Source of the DNA: Mobula hypostoma | Taxonomy: Eukaryota | NCBI RefSeq assembly: GCF_963921235.1 | Contig: NC_086097.1 | Location: 144,462,001-144,526,000 of the forward strand | Direction: 5' to 3' | Length of the DNA: 64,000 nucleotides | In this document: in pieces, positions 39,148 through 48,420 of the stretch | Layout: every line of letters begins with the position of its first letter | Numbering within the stretch: position 1 is the first letter of the stretch | The notes under the pieces: model-generated | The model's database searches: none | What the model was told of the DNA's origin: nothing | Seen by the model: only the letters and a program-made list of their open reading frames with translations | Translations under genes and position numbers: made by a program

Positions 39148-40089
39148 TATATGTAGCATTGTGTATTGGGGTTTGTGTTTCTTCTTCCTCATTATAGCAG
39201 ATAGCTACAGTGGGTTTTGGAGAAACATGAATTAGCAGAACAGGAGATTTGGTTAGGTCTCTTGTCCTGAGGTCTATAGCTTGCTGAACTGCATTCATCT
39301 ATTTCTCTAGTGTTTCATAATCTTCTGGGGTAAAAACATTAAGTGTTGCATTGTTGTAACGCCTGTTGCTGGGCCAGATTAGGAACTGAGTGTTTATTTA
39401 AAACAAGGTTGTCAATGACCAATCTCCATCATCCATCAGGCTTTGCCTTGGCAAAAATGGGTGAGTTAAATCAAAAAGGTTCTTTTATCAAAACACTTTG
39501 TTTACAGGGGGAATCTGTTGGAATTGCTTTCCTTTGTGTTTGGGAACGTGCCACTGTTTCTGGCATGGGAAAGGATGGTATTCCACTTCAGTTGGCTCAA
39601 TGTCAACCATCCCACAGTAGTTAGGATGTTGTTGTAGGTGGTCATAATATTTGTATACAACGTTTCCATTTTGCTCTGTTCGTTTTAACCTGATGACAGT
39701 TGAGCTGTCTCTGAATATGTATGTTTCTTTCATTTGGTGCAGTTGCATCAGTTGTTGGTTTAATTGTAGTACAAATCCAAAAAGAAACATCCAATGTTCC
39801 TATTTCATGTGATAGTTTACTTCCATCTGGGTGAACTGATGTAAAGACTTTACGGCTACTTCTATTGTTCATTTCATCCCGTATATCTATAGGGGAACTT
39901 TATCATTTGGGCACTCTACCTTGTTTCCATGTATGCCTACAATTTAAATTTTCCCTGTTGGCTCCCCTAGTCTATCGCCTTGACCAATATCGGAATTTAG
40001 CATTGAAACATCTACACCTGTATCAAAATGGTAAGGTCGAATTTTGCCAAATATATGAGCTTTGGCATATGAAAAGGCGAGACTAGATG

Positions 40090-40945
40090 TGCCTATGCCC
40101 TATTTGTCAGATGGAGCATTTTGAGTAGAGTTGTTGTTGAAATTCTCCTCTGCCATTTTTATTACATTAATGTTGGCCTTCCCCTGCTTTACATTTTGAT
40201 TTCTCTGAGCTGCAGGGGAGGGAGTGGACATTTAGGATGGGCCCTGTCCCCTTGTACGGTATATTAGAGGGTGAAGGATAAGGTGGGCCATGACGTGTCT
40301 ATCAGGAGTGTTTCATACTCTTCTCCATAATATCAGTGGGGCCTCAGAATGTTCCCTCTGTCCCGGAAGGAGTATCTCATTCTAAGACTTCCTTCCACAA
40401 AGAGAGGGGGATGGATCTATAGGTTGTAGCCTATACCTAGCGACTACCCATCCAGTTTATGGGGGAATATCTCTTCCGAAGGCAGGCGATCTTCAGGGAA
40501 CTTGTTTGGTTTGTTCATTATGTCTTCTCTGCTGAAGGTCTAATGTAGGAGGATGCTGTGAATGTGATCGACCCAAGGAATGAAGATGTTGTGATGACTT
40601 TGCTACTGTCCCTACTTCCCTGTATGGAAAAGATGAGAACCCTGTGCCAGCACCTGATTACCCTTGTGTGGGAACGAGTGGTAATCCTACTACCACCGAG
40701 TGGGATCACAAGATCACTTCAACAGCCTGAACTCATTCATGTGTTAGGTGTTGATTAAGGGCTGTTCCACGCATGATGCGGGGCTTTCACTGGGATAAAG
40801 GGGTAACATTACAGAATGAACTACAGTAGGTCCCAGTCTGCCCTTCCTATTTGTTCTCCGATCTTATAAACTGCTATTAAGCCCTGGCTTTCAATTATTT
40901 TACTCAGTACAATACTAACTCCTCAACATACATCTCCACCTAATA
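40090..40945 (-). pseudogene. gag: gag remnant (3' part)
   Basis: Lies between PBS and protease. The segment SIVLSKIIESQGLIAVYKIGEQIGRADWDLL (~40825-40917) loosely resembles the foamy Gag capsid-like region. I saw no Cys-His box. Heavily decayed. Confidence 0.5.
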
Positions 40946-40949
40946 TTAG

Positions 40950-43645
40950 CTGAATATCCAAGGATACACAGCGTATAGGAAAAATAGGAAGGTAGGTAAA
41001 GGGGGTGGCGTGGCCCTGATGGTAAGTAACGATATCAAATCAATAGAAACAAGGGACATAGGATCATAAGAGGTAGAATCCTTATAGGTAGAATTAAGAA
41101 ATGGCAAGGGTAAAAAGACACTAATAGCAGTTATATACAGGCCTCCAAACAGCAGCCGGGATGTGGACTACAAGTTGCAGCTGGAAATAGAAAAAGCGTG
41201 TCAGAAGAAAAATATCAAGATAATTATGGGGGATTTTAATATGAAAGTGGATTGGGAAAGTCAGGGAAGGTAATGGATCTCAGGAGAGGGAGTTTGTAGA
41301 ATGCCTACAGGATGGCTTTTTGGAGCAGCTTGTCCAGAAGCCCACCAGGGGACCGGCTGTTTTGGATTGGGTGCTGTGTAACGAACCTGGGGCGATTAGG
41401 GAGCTGGAGGTAAAGGAACCTCTTGTAAGTATAATATGATTGAGTTCAGTTTCAAATTTGAAAAGGAGAAGCTGGTATCAGGTGTATCGATATTTCAGTG
41501 GAACAGGGGAAATTACAGTGGTATGAGAGAGGAACTGGCCCGAGTCAATTGGAAAAGTAAACTAAATGGAGGGACGGCAGAGCAGAGTTGGATGAAATTC
41601 CTACAAGAAATAAGGAAAATGCAGGAAAAATATATTCCAAGAAAAAAGAAAATCATGAATGGAAAAATGCCACAAATATGGCTAACGAGAGAGGTTAAGG
41701 CAAAAATAAAAACAAAAGAAACGGCGTACAAGGAAGCAAAAATTAGTGGGAAAAATGAGGACTGGAAGACCTTTAAAAACTTACAGAAAGAAACTAAGGA
41801 AGTCATTAGGAAAGAAAAGATGAATTATGAAAGGAAGTTGGTGATTAACATAAAAAAGGATACTAAGAGCTTTTTTTAAATATATGAAGAGTAAAAGAGT
41901 GACAAGAGTAGATATGGGACCGATTGAAAATGATGCTGGAGTAACTATAATGGATAACAAAGAGATGGCGGAGGAACTGAATGAGTATTTTGCATCAGTC
42001 TTCACAGTGGAAGACATGAGCAATATACCTGATAGCCAGAGGATCAGGGAATAGAATTAGGTACAGTCAAGGTAACTAGAGAGAAAGTGCTTGAGAAGCT
42101 AAGTGGACTAAGAATAGATAAGTCTCCCAGCCCGGATGAGGTGCACCCACGGGTTCTGAAGGAGGTGGCTTTGGAGATTGTGGAAGCATTGGAAATGATC
42201 TTTCAGGAATCAATAGACTCTGGCATGGTTCCGGAGGACTGGAAGGTCGCAAATGTAGTTCCGCTATTTAAGAAAGGAAGGAGGCAGCAAAAAGAAAATT
42301 ACAGACCTATTAGTCTGACATCGGTGGTTGGAAAGATATTGGAGTCAATCCTCAAGGACGAGGTTATGAAATACCTCGAGGTGCATGACAAGATAGGCCG
42401 AAGCCAGCATGGTTTCATGAAGGGAAGATCCTGCCTTACCAACTTATTGGAATTTTTTGAGGTAATCTGAATAAGATTGACAAGGGAGAGGCTGTGGATG
42501 TTGTGTATTTGGATTTTCAAAAGGCCTTCAATAAGGTGCCGCATATGAGGTTGGTTAATAAGATGAGAGCCCATGGAATTATAGGAAAGTTATTGAAATG
42601 GGTGGAGCATTGGCTGATAGGCAAAAAGCAAAGGGTGGGAATAAAGGGATCTTATTCTGATTGGTTGCCGGTTACTAGTGGTGTTCTGCAGGGGTCGGTG
42701 TTGGGGCCGCTTCTTTTTACGATGAACATTGATGATTTGGATTATGGATTAAATGGTTTTGTGGCCAAGTTTGCGGATGACACCAAGATAGGTGGAGGAA
42801 CAGGAAATGTTGAGGAAACGAAAAGGTTGCAGAGAGACTTAGTCAGTGTAGGAGAGTGGGCAAAGAAATGGCAGATGAGATACAACGTTGACAAATGTAC
42901 AGTTGTACATTTCGGAAGAAGAAATAATCTGGTAGATTATTATTTAGATGGGGAGAAAATTCAAAAATCGGAAGTGCAAAGGGACTTGGGGGTCCTCATG
43001 CAGGATACCCTAAAGGTTAACCACCAAGTTGGATTGGCGGTAAGGAAAGCGAATGCTATGTTGGCATTCATTTCAAGAGGAATAGTGTATAAGAGTAAGG
43101 AGGTGTTAATGAGGCTCTATGGGGCATTAGTGAGACCTCATTTGGAATACTGTGTGCAGTTTTGGGCCTCCTATCTTAGAAAGGAGATACTGACGTTGGA
43201 GAGAGTTCAGAGAAGATTTACGAGGATGATTCCTGGAATGCAGGGGTTATCATATGAGGAGCGTCTGTCGGCTCTTGGATTGTATTCATTAGAGTATAGA
43301 AGAATGAGAGGGGATCTCATAGAAACGTTTCGAATGTTGAAAGGGTTGGACAGAACAGATGTGGAAAGGTTGTTTCCCTTGGTGGGTAAGTCCAGGACAA
43401 GAGGCCATAGTCTTAGAATTAGAGGGTACCCAGTTAAAACAGAGATGAGGAGAAATTTTTTTAGCCAGAGGGTTGTGGATTTGTGGAATTCGTTGCCACA
43501 TATGGCTGTGGAGGCCCGATCATTGAGGGTGTTTAAGGAGGAGATTGACAGGTATCTAATTAGTCAGGGTATCAAGGGATATGGGGAAAAAGCTGGAAAT
43601 TGGAACTAGATGGGTGAATAGTTTAGCTCATGGGGGAGCTGCGGA
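40950..43645 (+). mobile_element. CR1 LINE, 5'-truncated ORF2 (endonuclease end plus RT)
   Basis: AVIYRPP and IMGDFN endonuclease motifs; ORFs with ENYRPISLTS, QHGFMKGRSCLTNL, QGSVLGPLLF, KFADDTK, LEYCVQFW. The 371-aa C-terminal ORF is open. Confidence 0.95.
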
Positions 43646-43811
43646 TATATTATTAACACATTCATAATATTAGCTAGCATTTGCTCATACAATGACCGGA
43701 ACTAGGATGACAGCCATTTTATTGTACTTGGAGAGGTGTCGTAGCAGTTGTCGAGTGCACTCTGAGTTACTAAATAATAATACATTTTAAAGTAATACTG
43801 CAGGTATAATG

Positions 43812-43829
43812 GGGTCACTTTGGGCACCA
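43812..43829 (-). promoter_or_regulatory. Primer binding site, tRNA-Lys1,2-like
   Basis: Minus strand TGGTGCCCAAAGTGACCC lies 2 nt after the 5' LTR end and matches the Lys1,2 PBS TGGCGCCCAACGTGGGGC, used by foamy viruses, at 13/18 positions. Confidence 0.7.
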
Positions 43830-43831
43830 AC

Positions 43832-43960
43832 TATGATGGTATTGGGTTTGCTGACTGCCAAGTTCTAAGTTCAAATGAAGACCTTGATATTAGATATAGA
43901 AAGCCACGAGTACTCTCACTGAAGGGAGATTGATCTGGCAACTCTAGCATTTATACTCTG
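43832..43960 (-). repeat. 5' LTR remnant (U5 end only)
   Basis: tatgatggtattgggtttgctgac...agccacgagtactctcactgaagggagatt aligns with tgtgatgtattgggtttactgac...agccacgtgtactctcactaaagcgagatt at 29844-29945. Homology fades at about 43935-43960. Confidence 0.8.
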
Positions 43961-44929
43961 TGCATCTTCATCCCCACTCGCCTTTCAGCATTTCAAACAA
44001 TTCACTCCCTCCACAATGCTTTAGTCCTATCCTCTGCCACCCCAAGCAGATTACCCCCTTCCAAAGGATCTTCTCATCAAATGCAGCAGATGCATCACCT
44101 GCTCTTCACTCACCCCTTCCTTCAACAACTTCTTACTCTGCACTACTTTGTTGGTACTTCCTTCGATTTATAATAGTGTATTTGATTATTTTAGTTTAAT
44201 CCCTCCTATACTAGGTAGGGCATATGCAGAACCAGTTCTGATAAAGGGTTTCATATTTTGAAAACTTAACTCTGTTCCTCTTTCTGCCAGATGCTGCCAA
44301 AATACTGAATGATTTTGCATTTTCTATTTTCACTGCATTGGCATGACTCTGGGATTCTGATCCCTGCTCTCTTTATTTCTCACTTGCACTCTTTGATCTT
44401 GGCTTCATCCTCTATTACAAAAAAATCATAACATAAATTCGAGGAGTAGCAACTCATCTCTTACTTCTTCAAATTACAACCTTCTGTATTCAATACTGAG
44501 TTCAACAATTGCCAGTTATATTAACCCTGCACCAACTGTTTGTTTCCATGTGTATCTCATTGCCCCTCACCTTCCTCTACTGTGATCTTTGCTATTTAAT
44601 CTCCCCGAGCTATACCAGTCCTCTTTACTCTTTCTTCTCATCCTTTTCTCTTCATTACGTAAATCATATTATTGCTATATTTCTTATTCTAATTAGTGAG
44701 CTTTGTAAACTTTGCTTCATTCTCCTTCAATCCTGCCTGGTCTACTGTGTGTATTTTTTTAAGGATTAGCTTTATTTGTCACATGTACATTGAAACACCA
44801 AAACATGCAGTGAAATATGTCATTTTATATCAGCAGCTCAGTTGGAATATGTGCTGGGAGCAGCCACAAATGTTACCATGTTTATGGCACCAACACAGCA
44901 TGCCCACAACTTACTAATCCTAACTCACA

Positions 44930-45420
44930 CGTCTTCTGAAAGTGGGATGAAACCAGGACACCCGGAGGAAACCCACGTGATCCCAGGAAGAGTGTACAAA
45001 CTCCTTACAGACAATGGAAACTGAACACCAATCGCTGATTGCTGGTGCTGTGAAGCACCACAGTAACTGCTACACTACCGTACCACACTGTATCCGACCT
45101 CTATGTGTACCATGCTGATTTTTTTGCTTATTTGTTTTGAACTATATTGCATGAATATATCTTTGCAACGCAGCATGGCAGTTAGTATAATGCTCTTACA
45201 ATGCCAGTGCCGTGGATTTATTTCTACTGCGCTCTATAAGGAGTCTGTATGTTCTCCCCAAAATATATGGGTTTCCTATGGGTGGTCTGATTTTCTCCCA
45301 TATTCCAAAGACGTAGAGTTTAGAGGGCTAATTAGTCACATGTGTGTAAATGGGCAGAGCGGACTCATTGTGTTTGAGGGGCCTGTTAAACTGCTGTACC
45401 CCCAACTCAATAAGTAAAAG
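44930..45420. mobile_element. Two tRNA-derived SINE copies in head-to-head orientation
   Basis: The minus copy (ccggaggaaacccacg...gtacaaactccttacagac) and the plus copy (taaggagtctgtatgttctccc...tgggtttcc) are mutually complementary in their cores. Confidence 0.6.
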
Positions 45421-46518
45421 TTATGACCCAGTTTAAATTGGCGCACTGGAAAAGAACTGCCAGTTGCCATTTGTAAATTTTCTGCTTGGCTGTCAAAGAA
45501 CATTTCTGGGTATTGCAGTTCACAAGAACAAAAGTAAAAGATTATTACTCGCATGATTTTCTCTGCTGCACACACCCAGAATTCGCCTGCAGGCCGTGTG
45601 TGAAATTTCCACCTCTTGAGACTGAAAAAAAATCTCAAGCCTCAGGCTGTAGACAGATGGGCACGCCTTACACAGGGAACGTTTATTGCAACTTTTCCCA
45701 GAATTTTTCAATTTGCATTGGAAGCACAGTATATCGGCATCAGAAAACTATCCCTTAACCACTTTTATTGGTAAATGGGTGGTTAGTTTTTGTAGAATCC
45801 TGCTTTTCTTTTTTGTTTATCATTAATTTTGCCTTGGATCAAGTAAAATGGCAGCTGTGACAAAATTGATTAAATGGCTCAACTGATTCACTTTGATGCA
45901 ATTGCACAACTAAGCCACCTTGGTGAACATCGGACTGGATGCTTTGGTTCTGCTTGCCCTTGTTGATTTATCATAAAGTCATACCGTTGTAAAGCATAGA
46001 AACAGGCCCCTTAGCCCACTACATCAATGCCAACCCTCATGTCTATCCATACTAATGTTCATTTGCATTAATTCCCTTGTACCCAGCTCATTCAAGCCCT
46101 GCCTCCACCACCTCTTCTGGCAATTCCTTCCAGATTCCAACTACTGTTTGTGTGAAAAAACTACCCCACCAGATTCCCGCTAAACCTCCTCACCCTTGCC
46201 TTAAATTTTATTTTTCACATTTGCGGACTGCAGTCAGGTCCGATTGGTAACAACATCCCCTCCATGATTACCATCATACCAGGTGAACCACGAGGCTGTG
46301 TGCTTAGCCCCCTGCTCTACTTGCTTTAAGCTTATGACTGTGTGGCTAAGCACAGATACAATGCATATTCAACTTCTCTGACTAAACCACTGTTGTAGGC
46401 TGACCAAAGGTGGTGACGAATCAGCGTATAGGAGGTAGCTTGAAAATCTGGCTGAGTGGTGTCACAGCAACAACCTCTCACTCAATGTCAGCAAGATCAA
46501 GAAGCTGATTATTGACTT

Positions 46519-47238
46519 TATCACGTACCACGTGACGGGAATAAAGAACCAGCAGAGATGGAAAATACTTTGGAGTCCAGTGTTGCTATTAATTAATAAT
46601 ATTTATTAGTAACTATGCAATACAGTAATATAAATGTAGATAAATCAAAGAGGTTAGCAATGATTACATATATAAGTAAGTAAATCAGTAAGTGTGGAAA
46701 TATATATATTAAAAAATAAGCTTCTTTAAGTCTAGGGGTAAAAAGATACAGTCTTAAGATGATGAGTAAAGTTCAGTTCAGTTCAGTTCGTGGTATTGAG
46801 TTGAGTAGTGATGGAGGGAGAAAGAGGGAGAGATTTGAGTCTTCAGTTGAGCTGACCCCATCGTTCTTCTCGTTGTCCTCCGAAATCCTTTAAAAGTCAC
46901 CGACTGTGACCACAACAAAGGGGACCAGTTTTCTGTGGTGGAGCTATACCCCAGGCAAGGGTGGACACATGGACAACTCCCCACCGGTCAACCCCTTTTC
47001 TCACTGCAAGAGTGACTGATCGATCCGCCTGATCGATCCTCCAAAAAACCCAGTTTTTCTGTGGGTGCAACAAAGCTCATTCGGTGTCCAAAACATGTGC
47101 CTCCAGTCTATCATCTGACCTATTTTATCTTCCCGATCTGAGCACCAGCTGTCTCTCAAATAACTCTGCCCTTCTACGTCTGTGTAAGAATACAAACAGG
47201 CGGCGTCCTTGAAGAAAGTATAAACAACCTGTGAGCAG

Positions 47239-47292
<54 letters not shown>

Positions 47293-47355
47293 TCTCTTTC
47301 TCTCGCTCTCTTTTCAAAAGCACAGTTCATAGGGGTAATTCAGGACCCCATCACA
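46519..47355 (-). mobile_element. Solo LTR (~837 bp) inserted in a Rex1-type LINE
   Basis: Ends TATCAC... and ...TCACA, flanked by ACTT and ACCT (4-bp TSD with one mismatch). The host LINE sequence attgactt|caagagaaagaaaccagagg rejoins across it (compare the uninterrupted copy at 58123-58150). Contains a (CT)n tract. Strand is tentative. Confidence 0.75.
47243..47310. repeat. (CT)n microsatellite
   Basis: Direct read. Confidence 0.95.
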
Positions 47356-48420
47356 ACCTCAAGAGAAAGAAACCAGAGGTCCATGAGCCAGTCCTCATCA
47401 GTGGTTCAACTTTAAATTCCTCTGTGTTATTATTTCAGAGGACCTGTCCTGGGCCCGGCGTGTAAGTGCAATTATGAAGAAAGCATAACAGCGCATCTAC
47501 TTCCTCAGGAGATTGAAGAGATTTGGCATGACATCGAAAACTTTGACAATCTTCTATAGATGTGCAGTGCAGAGTATATTGACTGGTTGCATCACAGCCT
47601 AGTATGAAAACACCAATGCCCTTGAACAGACAATCCTACAAAAACATTCCATCACGGGTAAAGCCCTCGCCACCAATGAGCACATCTACATGAAACACTG
47701 TCACAGGAAAGCAGCATCCATCAGCAGGGGCACCCATCACTCAGGAAATATTCTCTTCTCGATGCTGCTATAAGAAAGAAGGTATGAGAGCCTCAGGACT
47801 CACACCAACAGATTCAGAAACAGTCACTACCCCTCAACCGTCAGGTTCTTGAACCAAATGAGATAATGTCACTCAACTTCACTGCTCCATCATTGAAATG
47901 TTCCCACAACCTGTCAAGGACTCTTCATCTCATGCTCTCAATATTTATTGCTTACTTATTTATCATTATTACTATTGCTTTCTTTTTGTATTTGCAGTTT
48001 GTTGTTCTCTGCATTCTGGTTGAATACCCAGGTTGGGTGGTCTTTCATTGATTCTGTTATGGTTATTTACTATTCTATATATTTATTGATTATGCCCACA
48101 TGACAATGATTCACAGGGTTGCAAATGGTGATATATCTGTACTTTGATAATAAATTTAGTTTGAACTTTGAACTTTGAAATAAAGGTCCTTTTAGTTCTG
48201 GACACTACCATCTTGGGAAATTGACATTAGCTAGCTTTCCTATTTACAGCGCTCATAATTTCAATGCTCTTGTTATGCCAGTTGTTAGTCTCCTTTGCTT
48301 CAGGAAAATGAAATCCAGCCTATCAGTCTTTCATAATATCTCCTGCCCTCTCTAGCTTAATCATGCCTTGAATGGAAGTGATTTCTAATTGTTTTGTGTT
48401 GCCCAGCCACTAACTCCATT

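Larger units (their letters stand above)
33650..40068 (-). pseudogene. pol: pol remnant (PR-RT-RNase H-IN) with stops and frameshifts, split by CR1 and Tc1
   Basis: PR: MPKAHIFGKIRPYHFDTGVDVS (DTG at 40016-40024), then IVGIHG. RT: KQSVLIKEPF*FNSPIFAKAKPDG*WRLVIDNLVLNKH (~39390-39500). Connection: DTARGKPIIIQTE...RHGKWQTLLED (~37025-37165). RNase H: HPLGNHTTQIAE...ICTDSNYV (~36650-36770). IN: KLAMLYWWPY...CEECL (~34550-34630), IHADTGS, VEYSTPFHPLSSGRVEQRNQKIKQSLAKL (~34115-34205), VINNRTVVIK...TVSTNNIKPT...* ending at 33650. Confidence 0.9.
29844..43960 (-). mobile_element. Decayed endogenous foamy-like retrovirus (spumaretrovirus-related ERV), interrupted by nested insertions
   Basis: Colinear LTR-PBS-gag-pro-RT-RH-IN-env-accessory-PPT-LTR order on the minus strand, with many segments resembling foamy virus Pol and Env (see sub-features). 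Confidence 0.88.
46215..48180 (+). mobile_element. Rex1/Babar-type LINE 3' part (split by a solo LTR)
   Basis: ggctgtgtgcttagccccctgctc RT motif, homologous to 57540-58925; (tttgaac)n tail at ~48160-48178. Confidence 0.8.

Noticed and set aside
47001..47330. ORF with an (RE)n repeat
   Set aside because: It is the translation of a (CT)n microsatellite inside a solo LTR.
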